Positions 1 through 8,047 of a stretch of 35,544 bases of DNA are shown in pieces. The position numbers were made by a program, and so were the translations under genes. Within the stretch, counting starts at the first letter, position 1, and every line of letters begins with the position of its first letter. Where the stretch lies: IMG/VR virus record IMGVR_UViG_3300049215_000193, positions 1-35,544 of that record. One strand, written 5' to 3'. This DNA comes from a virus. The notes beneath the pieces are model-generated. The model saw only the letters and a program-made list of their open reading frames with translations. It made no database searches and was not told the DNA's origin.

Positions 1-127
1 GGAAAGGAAGTGTATGAAAAGTATATTATGTATATTGGGGTTGATGATGACTCTCAGGGGAATGAATGACAAGAGAGACATATCCCCACTAAAACCTAAG
101 CTATATTCGGGCAGTGTAAAGAAAATA
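1..127. repeat. Left copy of an exact 127-bp direct terminal repeat (identical to 35418..35544). It marks a closed or circularly permuted genome of 35,417-bp unit length.
   Basis: Read directly: ggaaaggaagtgtatgaaaag...gcagtgtaaagaaaata occurs at both ends in the same orientation with no mismatch seen. Confidence 0.95.
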
Positions 128-298
128 CCTGCCCCTTCTTTTTTGCAGATATTCGCTTGTTACAAGTGCAGCAATGATATAGCCTATGTTTTCTACAATA
201 AAGAAGAAGGCGTATCCCTCTGTGAAATCCATGCCTACCTTGGGGAATATATCCTAGAGATGGGCAAAGAAAAGTATGAATTATCTCAATACAAATAA
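14..298 (+). CDS. Small Cys/His zinc-ribbon protein with hydrophobic N-terminus (paralogue of 35136..35486)
   Basis: 94-aa ORF with the purine-rich SD-like ggaaaggaag just upstream of the ATG. Motif C-X2-C-X17-C-X2-H (CYKC...LCEIH). The start lies in the terminal repeat (= 35431) and overlaps the upstream ORF in another frame; in-frame ATGs at 44 or 62 are alternative starts. Confidence 0.6.
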   Translation: MKSILCILGLMMTLRGMNDKRDISPLKPKLYSGSVKKIPAPSFLQIFACYKCSNDIAYVFYNKEEGVSLCEIHAYLGEYILEMGKEKYELSQYK

Positions 299-326
299 CT
301 CCTTGTGGGTTAAACGTTACTGCTTA

Positions 327-370
327 ATACCCTCTTTTGGAAAAGTTGGCGCTTTTTTAAAAGAGGGTAT
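327..370 (+). other. 12-bp perfect inverted repeat (ataccctctttt / aaaagagggtat) with a 20-nt loop holding a nested AAAAG/CTTTT stem; hairpin or terminator after ORF 14..298
   Basis: The two arms were read directly at 327..338 and 359..370. Confidence 0.35.
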
Positions 371-380
371 GTTATTTACT

Positions 381-427
381 AACAAAATCAAAACCCCTCC
401 ATATGGGTTGAGACCATAGGAAGGGGT
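381..427 (-). terminator. Imperfect 14-bp hairpin followed by a T-rich tail on the minus strand only (possible insulator against antisense read-through)
   Basis: acccctccatatgg / ccataggaaggggt (393..427); the minus-strand continuation is TTTGATTTTGTT. Confidence 0.3.
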
Positions 428-519
428 ACTTAAAAAAAGGAGTGTAATGACGTATGAAACAAACGTCCTACGGGGAGAATAATTATAAATTTTAGGCTTT
501 TTGTCTATAAGGAGAATAT

Positions 520-801
520 ATGTTTGAGAAAATGCAACCAATAGGAACACGTGTACTTGTGCGTCTTATTAAAGAAGAGCAAAAGACATCGTCAGGATTG
601 TTTTTAGCCCCTGAATACGAAGAAGATTCGCGTATAGGAGAAGTTCTTGCGGTAGGCAATGGAAAGCAATTGCATGATCGAGTTATTACTCCTGAGTTGA
701 AATTAGGCGCTAAAGTATATTTACCAGAACGAGGAGGATTAGCACTCACGGAGGATCTGGTGATATTTAAAGAAGAAGAAATACTCGGATTCTGGAATTA
801 A
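520..801 (+). CDS. groES: Co-chaperonin GroES (Cpn10) homologue
   Basis: 93 aa with AAGGAG 5 nt upstream of the ATG. It aligns by eye along its whole length with bacterial GroES (IGTRVLVR...EEQKTSSGL...GEVLAVGNG...LKLGAKV). Confidence 0.9.
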   Translation: MFEKMQPIGTRVLVRLIKEEQKTSSGLFLAPEYEEDSRIGEVLAVGNGKQLHDRVITPELKLGAKVYLPERGGLALTEDLVIFKEEEILGFWN

Positions 802-803
802 AT

Positions 804-823
804 AAGCCGCCCGAAAGCGGCTT
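804..823. terminator. GC-rich hairpin between convergent genes (aagccgc-ccgaaa-gcggctt)
   Basis: 7-bp perfect stem starting 3 nt after the groES stop. There is no strong T tract, so terminator function is inferred from position. Confidence 0.45.
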
Positions 824-1007
824 ACTAACTTAATGCATCTCTCCAGAAAAAAAAGGATGTTCGGATGAGTTAATAACTAACTACAAACTGGATAGATACA
901 CGTAGTCTAGTCTAATTAGGTTCAAATTCCAATATAGTTATCGTATACAAGATATACTAGAGCGGCTAATGCCACTCCGCCTATTATAATAATCGATACA
1001 TCGACAT

Positions 1008-1193
1008 TCATTTATCTTCCTTCGAATTAGGGGTCAGATCAATATCGATACCTACGTTCTTTTTAATCAGCTCTTCGGACAATTCCTCAATAGGATTATC
1101 ATCCGGTATTGATGGGTAAAAGTATTTTAAAGCAACTGCGCCACCAGCGGTTGCGGCTGCCAATAAAAGACCAAGTATATAAGCTGTGTCCAT
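1008..1193 (-). CDS. Small membrane protein (one N-terminal TM helix, acidic tail); last gene of the fibre operon, holin-like by position only
   Basis: Start moved to the internal ATG (MDTAYILGLLLAAATAGGAVAL...), which has AAGGAG 7 nt upstream. The longer ORF-track start would overlap the upstream gene. Confidence 0.6.
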   Translation of the reverse strand: MDTAYILGLLLAAATAGGAVALKYFYPSIPDDNPIEELSEELIKKNVGIDIDLTPNSKEDK

Positions 1194-1203
1194 AAACGAC
1201 TCC

Positions 1204-1845
1204 TTAAAAATAAACACCAGTAAATCCAAATCGAGTAGTATTACCTATCTGAGTATTGTTAACAAAACTTGTAGTCGATCCTGTCTGATTCTGAGGATAC
1301 ATAAATCTCACCGCTGTTCCACCACCTATAGGGTTGGTAGTAATAGTACCTTGTATCACGGTGCTTGGTGATGAAGAAAGAAGATACAAGAATCCATTCA
1401 TAAACTGTGTATCATCAGGAACTGTATTGGTAGAAGCGGGAAGGTTGCCGATAAAGAAATCTCCCGTTGAGCTACCTTTGGCAGTAAGTTCTACAAATGC
1501 ATATACCTGAATAAGTGCACCAATCTGTATGTAGTATCCACGTAAGTTAGCAGGGTTGGCGGTTAAACCAACTGATCCTGTTGTGAAGTTAATAGTTGGG
1601 GTAAACGCGGTGAGCCCGGTGTAGTTAGGCACTCCGCCTCCGGAAGCTCCCCATACAGGAAGAGCTCCTGCGCCCTGGCTTGTGAGTACTTGCCCTGAAG
1701 TTCCCAATGATGATACTTGTTGTAACGGGTTAGTAGAAGTAGTTCCGCCACAAAAAACAGAATAAGTTGAAGTAGAAGCAATTCCGGTTCCACCAAAAGG
1801 AACTTCTATAGGTTTATTGCTTCCTATCGAGTTTTTAGTTGCCAT
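1204..1845 (-). CDS. Tail fibre-like protein, class B N-terminus (paralogue of 1855..2523)
   Basis: 213 aa; TAAGGAGG is fused to the upstream stop. The N-terminus MATKNSIGSxKPIEVPFGGTG...SGQVLTSxGAxxLPxW is shared with 1855..2523; the C-terminus is divergent and beta-rich. Confidence 0.7.
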   Translation of the reverse strand: MATKNSIGSNKPIEVPFGGTGIASTSTYSVFCGGTTSTNPLQQVSSLGTSGQVLTSQGAGALPVWGASGGGVPNYTGLTAFTPTINFTTGSVGLTANPANLRGYYIQIGALIQVYAFVELTAKGSSTGDFFIGNLPASTNTVPDDTQFMNGFLYLLSSSPSTVIQGTITTNPIGGGTAVRFMYPQNQTGSTTSFVNNTQIGNTTRFGFTGVYF

Positions 1846-1854
1846 AAGTCCTCC

Positions 1855-2523
1855 TTAAGTATAGATACCACTCAGCCAGAGCTCGGTAGTATTAGAAATA
1901 TTAGCGAATCGGTATGATGCAAGGGAAGTTCCTGCCACGTTATTGTATGGTATGAATGTAATAGCACGCTGACTGCTGTTAGTTGGATTGACGGTCAGCT
2001 GAGGATTGAAGTATGCCCCGGGTGATGAAGCAAGGTTCATAATTCTTCCGGTTATTCCAAATGGTCCTCTTTGCGTAGAAGGTATAGCCGAAACAGCTGG
2101 TATATTCTTCACAAAAACTTGCAACCCGCTCTGTTGTGGAACCGTAGGAGTTCCTTTATTAGTCAGTGCAATATGAATCCACACATACATCATATCTCCT
2201 ATGCGTAGATAATAACCTTCCTGAGCACTATACGTTACTCCGGTTGCGCCATATGCATAAGAGAATTCAGGAGTGAAAGCAGTTATACCGCTATAGGTTG
2301 GCTGTTCGGGAGAAGATCCTGAATCTTGCCATGTTGGCAGTGAAGCAGCCCCATTACTCGTAAGGACTTGCCCCGATGCTCCCAATCCTGCTACTTGCTG
2401 CAATGGTCCTGTTGAAGTAGTACCACCGCATAGTACTGCATAAGGGGAGAAGGAGGCATTTTGAGTGCCTCCGAAAGGAACTTCTATGGGCTTTCCAGAA
2501 CCGATTGAATTTTTAGTAGCCAT
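1855..2523 (-). CDS. Tail fibre-like protein, class B N-terminus
   Basis: 222 aa with a TAAGGAG-N5-ATG junction. Its N-terminal ~65 aa are nearly identical to those of 1204..1845. Confidence 0.7.
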   Translation of the reverse strand: MATKNSIGSGKPIEVPFGGTQNASFSPYAVLCGGTTSTGPLQQVAGLGASGQVLTSNGAASLPTWQDSGSSPEQPTYSGITAFTPEFSYAYGATGVTYSAQEGYYLRIGDMMYVWIHIALTNKGTPTVPQQSGLQVFVKNIPAVSAIPSTQRGPFGITGRIMNLASSPGAYFNPQLTVNPTNSSQRAITFIPYNNVAGTSLASYRFANISNTTELWLSGIYT

Positions 2524-2531
2524 GAGACTCC

Positions 2532-3818
2532 TTAAACGATCGTAATGTTACCCATTGATGATTGCACGATCCAAGATAAATTCGCCACATTACACACAAG
2601 ATATATTGAATCTCCGATATCCGTTGACGCAAGAGATCCACCTGCGCCTGTTGTGGTGGCTTGATTTGTCATTTGGACAGACTGACCTGCTAATTGAGCT
2701 AACACCCATCCATTAGCATTCATTGCTGAAAGGGCTAACTGATCCCCCACCGCAGATGTAGCCGGTAGAGTCACGGTCACTGGGCTTCCACCATTAGTGA
2801 AATAACCATTTCCTGGATTAGTTATCGGGCTCGCGACTATCACAGACCACGCAAGACCACCACCTCCTGGAGATGCGGCTGAGCTTCCAAGCTGGCCATT
2901 AGGATCAACAGTTACAAACTGAGGGGAAGCTACTGTGGTACCGCGTATCCCGGCAATAAAACACGTGTCTTGCTCGCTATCTCCAGTTCCCTGGGTACCT
3001 ATACGAATAGTGTTCAGGTCAGACACAGTACCCATGTTACCTATAACAATATTAGAACCCTCAGCGGTATAATTCACACCGGCTTGATATCCAATACCTA
3101 TGTTATAACTACCACTATCGACACTTGCCAGCGCCTGATAACCTATCGCGGTACTACCAATGGTGGTATCTATAGACTGCAAAGAAGCATAACCAAGAGC
3201 CGTGTTAAATCCTACCGAGGTAGCGTTGATGTTTCCTGAGAATTGACCAACGCAGGTATTGAAATCTAAATCAGAAGTGTTGAGAGATACTTCGTTTGAC
3301 GCTCCATCAAAAAAAACGGTACTTCCACAATCGTTGTTAACGAGGTAAGAAGATATCTGAAGCACGCCTCCCGCCTGTACTGCCGTTCCGGCATCGGTCG
3401 GGAAGTTAGATGCTCCGGATCCTGAACCAATAACCGAAATGGTAAGTGTGTTGGTTCCGGGAGTTCCTACTACAGAGGTAGTAATACCATCCCCTATTAC
3501 ATTGATATTACCGTCACCATCAGCAGGCACAGGCCCACCTGTATTCCCAGTAAGCGTGTCGACTGTTCCGCCGCCCTGACCAGTCACACGAACCCAGTGA
3601 GCTAAGGCCCCTTTGGATTGTGTAGTTCCTGCAAGAGAAACTAATGACCATATCTCCGGCAATGGCTCGGCTGATTGATCAAGCCACAGATCACCTATAG
3701 AAACGTTATTCGTGTCATATTGATTGGGTTCACGCATTTCAAAATGCCAGTTAGGCGGCTGATTTGCATTGGTACCGATATAAGCGGTACCACGCGTTAC
3801 TCCTACTTTGTTACTCAT
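2532..3818 (-). CDS. Tail fibre protein, class A N-terminal anchor plus one beta-repeat/neck module
   Basis: 428 aa. The N-terminus (GTAYIGTNANQPPN...GDLWLD...WxLVSL...LAHWV) is shared with 3828..5897. It contains NxxIG/AxGxxA repeats and the unit NTIRIGTQGTG..QDTCFIAGI...VTVD..GQLGS. Confidence 0.8.
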   Translation of the reverse strand: MSNKVGVTRGTAYIGTNANQPPNWHFEMREPNQYDTNNVSIGDLWLDQSAEPLPEIWSLVSLAGTTQSKGALAHWVRVTGQGGGTVDTLTGNTGGPVPADGDGNINVIGDGITTSVVGTPGTNTLTISVIGSGSGASNFPTDAGTAVQAGGVLQISSYLVNNDCGSTVFFDGASNEVSLNTSDLDFNTCVGQFSGNINATSVGFNTALGYASLQSIDTTIGSTAIGYQALASVDSGSYNIGIGYQAGVNYTAEGSNIVIGNMGTVSDLNTIRIGTQGTGDSEQDTCFIAGIRGTTVASPQFVTVDPNGQLGSSAASPGGGGLAWSVIVASPITNPGNGYFTNGGSPVTVTLPATSAVGDQLALSAMNANGWVLAQLAGQSVQMTNQATTTGAGGSLASTDIGDSIYLVCNVANLSWIVQSSMGNITIV

Positions 3819-3827
3819 TATATCTCC

Positions 3828-5897
3828 TTAGTTAACTTGTAAGGTTATTCCCATAGTCATTATACCCGTAGCACTTTGCGATACTTCGAAAGAAACTAAA
3901 CCTCCTGCGCTCACAGAAACTGAATTCGATGTATCACTTATGACTCCTGTTGTTAATGCAGTAGCTGTCACTGTTATTGCGGTGGCAACACCATTGACCA
4001 AGAGGGTGATAGTATCATTGGTTGTAGAGGCATTTGACCTAATATTCACATAAAGATTCGATAGCGTCGCATCAAATGGCATAGGAATTTCAACTGCCGC
4101 AGCTGTGCCACCACTTATTCCTCCAAAAAGAGAGAAATATGTAATAGCAGATATACTTGAGCTTGCGGCACCTTGACCAACAAATGATGCTGAATCGGAC
4201 ATAGGCACAGAACCAAGCTGTCCTGTTGAGGTATTGATCGTCACCAATTGGCTGTTAGTGGTAGCAACATTGGCAATACCTGCCATATAGCATGAGGTCT
4301 GAGTAGAGCCAATTCTTGTTGTTAAGCTGTCTCCAATTACTCCCGAGTTACCAATAATAATATTATTGGATTCATTTGTGGTGAAAGATCCACCCGCCGT
4401 AGCACCAATTAAAATATTGCTCGATCCACTGACAAGTCCCGTCGTCCCGTTGTTACCACCAAGGTAACCAACAATAGTGTTTGCGTTACCTGATGTCATA
4501 AAGTGAGCACAAGATCTTCCCACAAAGGTGTTATTCGTTCCCGTCTGCATTAAGTCGGCACATCGGCTTCCCAAAGCAACGTTGTTTGCCCCGGTGGTTA
4601 AAGAAGTAAATGCCATGTTACCGACAGCTATATTTTCTGAACCGGTTACTTGTATAGAGGATCCAGAAGATGATCCCAGAAAGGTGTTGTTCCCTGTAGA
4701 AGTAAGCCTTAATCTTATATTCGGGCTGGAAGTAGCATCAAACGTAACTGATTGACCCGAAAGAAGAGATGTCCCTTGAAAATTGAATACAGTCCCTACC
4801 ACTGATCCGGTATTACCATTTATGGTTATATTACCAGATGCGGTCGATGAAGATCCTAACTGGCCAGTTACTGTATCGATAGTTACTACTTCTGTGTTAG
4901 CTGTAGTAACTCCCGCAATTCCTGCGATGAAACAGGTATCTTGCTGACCACTTCCTGTACCTTGAGTACCAATTCGTATGGTATTTGCGTCCGCAGCAGT
5001 TCCTTCATTACCGATGCATATATTACTGTCTTCGGTAGTGTAAAAACTTCCTGCTTGGTATCCAACTGCAATATTGTCTTCACCTGTTGTTAGGTTGTTG
5101 AGAGCCTCAAATCCGAGGGCATTATTTCTACTGCCTGTAGATAAAGCGGTAAAGTTGAAAGCGCCTAGCCCAGAATTTTCTACTCCTGTGCTGATAGCTC
5201 CTCCAGCAAACGCCCCAACCGTAGTATTGGCACTTCCATCGGTAAGTCCATTACCTCCAAACGCACCAATATTTATGTTATTAAATGCGCTTGCATCGTT
5301 GAGAGTGAGATTCCCCGCTTCGATTCCCATAAATATGTTACCGTTGTACATACTTATGTTCGATTCGTTACCCCCACCCATGTTCCATCGAATACGCTGA
5401 GCGCTGGTATCTGCCTGCTGACCAAACGGATCATTAAATAAGATATCTCCCGATTCAATATCGATAGCGGGAGTAAGAGCTGCGGAGGTTAAATCACCAA
5501 GCGTTATGGTATTAGTAAGAGAAATATCAACTACATTTGCCATTCCTGCAGTCGTTATATTATGGCTACCGTGTAAATCCACGTTGCCCGATACATCGGG
5601 TAGCACTACCGCTCCATCATCGGTCGTGAATGACTTAACTTCACCTGAACCGCCAGCACCCGTTATTTGAACCCAATGTGCGAGCTGACCTGCTGAGTTT
5701 ACGTTGCCTTCTAATGATACTAAGGTCCATAGGTTTGGAAGTGGAGTCGCTGATAGATCAAGCCAAAAATCCCCAAGAACCACATTCTTGTCATCAAACT
5801 GAGTAGGAGCTTTATGTGCAAATGTCATGTTCGGTGGTTGATTTGCATTAGTTCCTAAATACGCGGTTCCCTGTTTTCCACCAAGTCTGTTACTCAT
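3828..5897 (-). CDS. Tail fibre protein, class A N-terminal anchor plus two repeat/neck modules
   Basis: 689 aa; its start overlaps the upstream stop as ATGA. It has the same N-terminus as 2532..3818 and two copies of the IRIG...C(F/Y)(I/M)AGI...V(T)I(D/N)..TGQLGS unit. Confidence 0.8.
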   Translation of the reverse strand: MSNRLGGKQGTAYLGTNANQPPNMTFAHKAPTQFDDKNVVLGDFWLDLSATPLPNLWTLVSLEGNVNSAGQLAHWVQITGAGGSGEVKSFTTDDGAVVLPDVSGNVDLHGSHNITTAGMANVVDISLTNTITLGDLTSAALTPAIDIESGDILFNDPFGQQADTSAQRIRWNMGGGNESNISMYNGNIFMGIEAGNLTLNDASAFNNINIGAFGGNGLTDGSANTTVGAFAGGAISTGVENSGLGAFNFTALSTGSRNNALGFEALNNLTTGEDNIAVGYQAGSFYTTEDSNICIGNEGTAADANTIRIGTQGTGSGQQDTCFIAGIAGVTTANTEVVTIDTVTGQLGSSSTASGNITINGNTGSVVGTVFNFQGTSLLSGQSVTFDATSSPNIRLRLTSTGNNTFLGSSSGSSIQVTGSENIAVGNMAFTSLTTGANNVALGSRCADLMQTGTNNTFVGRSCAHFMTSGNANTIVGYLGGNNGTTGLVSGSSNILIGATAGGSFTTNESNNIIIGNSGVIGDSLTTRIGSTQTSCYMAGIANVATTNSQLVTINTSTGQLGSVPMSDSASFVGQGAASSSISAITYFSLFGGISGGTAAAVEIPMPFDATLSNLYVNIRSNASTTNDTITLLVNGVATAITVTATALTTGVISDTSNSVSVSAGGLVSFEVSQSATGIMTMGITLQVN

Positions 5898-7684
5898 GCT
5901 AATTTCCCTTTGAGTTCATCTAGTTCTTTTCTGAGTTTCTGGATTTCATGCAGCAAAATAGCCGGCATATCATGATACCTTACGTTATCCGGACGCCCCT
6001 CTTCATCAAGATTCACTATTTCAGGCATTATCGCGTATACTTCTTCAGCTATTAGACCATATTGCTTACGCTTAGAAGTATCTGTCTTATAGGAAAAATT
6101 AACCGGACGAAGCTTCATCACGAATGTATCATCCATATCCTGAATGTTATCTTTGTACCTGGCAGAAGAAGATATAGTTCCTAGCTGTCCTTCATCAGAT
6201 ATGAGCAATGGAGAAGTGGTAAGAGAATCTGTAGTTACTCCATATGAACCAGCAATGAACGCTCTACTTTGCTCTCCTTGTCCAGTTCCGGTCGTTCCTA
6301 ATCTAATAGTATTACTTTCAGATACAACGCCTGAATTACTAATACATATGTTACTTATTTCAGTCCCTGCATATGCATTACCTGATTGCCTTCCAATCGC
6401 AATATTATATCTTCCATCAATAAGGCTATTTAATGCACCAAATCCAACGGCCACATTTGAACCATTAGCTCCACCAGACAATGATGCCATAGCTCCATTA
6501 CCAAATGCAGAGTTAAAGGCAGAAGTGGTACTGACAGTAAGGGCACCGTATCCTACTGCAGTATTTTGATTACCCGTTGTAATGGAGGATCCAGCAACTC
6601 CACCTATTAAAGTATTTTGAAGTGCTGATGTCATCATTTGACCGGCATTATATCCAATTGCTGTATTGTAATCACCAGTATCAACCATTTGCAATACGTT
6701 TGCTCCTACAGCAACATTTTGGCCTCCTGTTGTGACAGAATTTAAAGTGAAAGCTCCAACAGAGGTATTATTTTGAGCGGTAAAAGTTCCATTACCTGCA
6801 GACAAACCTATTAAAGTATTTCTATCACCCACACTATCAGTGGTATTAAGACTTACTGTTGATCCGGTTGCAGAGAATGAAACCGTTGCCCCTGCATTCG
6901 TCAAACCATCAAATGTTATAGGGTTTCCAGTCGCAGATCCCGTATCTCCATTGATAGTTACTCCTCCTGATGGGATAGTCGCAGATCCAAGTTGACCGGT
7001 AGTTGTATCAACAGTTACCATTTCACTGTTCGCAGTTACAACTCCGGCTATTCCAGCAACATAACAGGTATTCTGCTGGCCTAATCCGCCACCTTGCGAA
7101 CCAATACGAATAGCATTGGATTCACCCGTAGTTCCTCCTGCCGCAATACATATATTGCTTGATTCAGAAGAAGTGTAGTTAAACCCAGAGAATCGACCAT
7201 AGCAGGTATTATAAGATCCATCAAGAAGCTGATTCAAGGACTGTCGTCCTGCAGCTGTATTATCACCAGAACCACCTGCCAGTGTGTTAAGCGCTCCCCC
7301 ACCAACAGCGGTATTGAAATCGGTTGCTGTATTATTTGAAAGGGTGTTAGTTCCGAATGCGGTATTTGCTAATCCAGTCGTATTCTGAACACATGCATTA
7401 AGACCAAAGGCACAGTTTTGTACTCCAGAAGAGACATTTGCGAGCGCATTTTGCCCAACCCCAACGTTCTGATTAGCATCAGTCATATCAAGAGTTATGG
7501 TACCCGCAGCAGAATCAAAACGAACAGTTCCCCCACTTTCCATGTCAGTACCAACAAAATCAAATACGGTACCAACTGAAGATCCCGTATTACCATTAAT
7601 AGTAATATTCGATCCTCCACCCCCACCACCTCCTCCTGCAGATCCCGCTTGACTCATACAGAGCATTAATTTTTTGAATATCAT
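5894..7684 (-). CDS. Tail fibre/spike with Gly8 linker, two repeat/neck modules and a C-terminal peptidase S74-type intramolecular chaperone domain
   Basis: 596 aa with a TAAGGAG SD. The C-terminus reads GQLGTISSSARYKDNI...YGLIAEEV...DNVRYHDM...coiled coil, which matches the self-cleaving chaperone of endosialidase-type fibres. Confidence 0.85.
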   Translation of the reverse strand: MIFKKLMLCMSQAGSAGGGGGGGGSNITINGNTGSSVGTVFDFVGTDMESGGTVRFDSAAGTITLDMTDANQNVGVGQNALANVSSGVQNCAFGLNACVQNTTGLANTAFGTNTLSNNTATDFNTAVGGGALNTLAGGSGDNTAAGRQSLNQLLDGSYNTCYGRFSGFNYTSSESSNICIAAGGTTGESNAIRIGSQGGGLGQQNTCYVAGIAGVVTANSEMVTVDTTTGQLGSATIPSGGVTINGDTGSATGNPITFDGLTNAGATVSFSATGSTVSLNTTDSVGDRNTLIGLSAGNGTFTAQNNTSVGAFTLNSVTTGGQNVAVGANVLQMVDTGDYNTAIGYNAGQMMTSALQNTLIGGVAGSSITTGNQNTAVGYGALTVSTTSAFNSAFGNGAMASLSGGANGSNVAVGFGALNSLIDGRYNIAIGRQSGNAYAGTEISNICISNSGVVSESNTIRLGTTGTGQGEQSRAFIAGSYGVTTDSLTTSPLLISDEGQLGTISSSARYKDNIQDMDDTFVMKLRPVNFSYKTDTSKRKQYGLIAEEVYAIMPEIVNLDEEGRPDNVRYHDMPAILLHEIQKLRKELDELKGKLA

Positions 7685-7693
7685 ACTCTCTCC

Positions 7694-8038
7694 TTAAAAT
7701 GTAGATCCAAAAATAGTAGTAAGATACACTGTTCCGGATGTTAACGCCGCATCAGACTTCACGTAAAAACGGTCACCTTCTGCAAAAAGAAATACTCCAC
7801 CCATATCGCTTCTATTAGCCGTAGCATCATAGAGCACAAATCCTCCAGCCGGTATGACATCATGATCATCAATACCATTGACCGATATGAGAACTTCACC
7901 ATCAGTAGTATTAACGAGCTTTATAATTCGGCATGGGAAGTTTAATGGAGAATCTATAAGCGCATATGTTCCAGAAATACTTCCAAAAGGAATCGATCTT
8001 AGCCCATCAAAACGAGCTCTTACTGCATTTGAGTACAT
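7694..8038 (-). CDS. Small beta-rich protein (paralogue of 8048..8377), probably virion or fibre-associated
   Basis: 114 aa with a TAAGGAG junction. CRIIKLVNTTDGEVLISVNGIDDHDVIPAGG parallels CSILRINSSSSTLVTISYDGRTDHEVVLPNQ in the neighbouring gene. Confidence 0.6.
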   Translation of the reverse strand: MYSNAVRARFDGLRSIPFGSISGTYALIDSPLNFPCRIIKLVNTTDGEVLISVNGIDDHDVIPAGGFVLYDATANRSDMGGVFLFAEGDRFYVKSDAALTSGTVYLTTIFGSTF

Positions 8039-8047
8039 ACTATCTCC

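Noticed and set aside
1-127. Terminal repeats as ends of a mobile element (LTR/IS-like)
   Set aside because: The repeats are direct, not inverted. They cut through coding sequence that is continuous across the junction, and no transposase is present. They are best explained as a circular-assembly overlap.
447-482. 11-codon mini-ORF with a good SD upstream of groES, considered as a separate gene
   Set aside because: It is too short to call as a gene from sequence alone. It is kept only as part of the leader observation.
317-749. Minus-strand ORFs 317..550 and 492..749 overlapping the groES start and body
   Set aside because: They are antisense to a confidently identified GroES gene and to the structured spacer, and they lack an SD.
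868-960. tRNA-like fragment (aggttcaaattcc resembles a T-arm; ataacta...tagttat could pair as an acceptor stem) in the convergent intergenic region, which might be a second tRNA or an attP core
   Set aside because: The T stem has a mismatch, two extra nt sit between the T stem and the acceptor strand, and no anticodon or D stems can be formed (the middle is a TAGTC TAGTC direct repeat). No integrase is present to use an attP.
6144-6569. 141-aa plus-strand ORF. The same applies to 2970..3239, 4528..4755, 5074..5400, 13494..13930, 14533..15292, 15556..16069, 16229..16525, 18739..19464, 22935..23246, 24208..24865, 26221..27324 and 27579..28496.
   Set aside because: All are antisense to long, motif-supported minus-strand genes. 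They lack SD sequences and have odd composition, as expected for stop-poor antisense frames.
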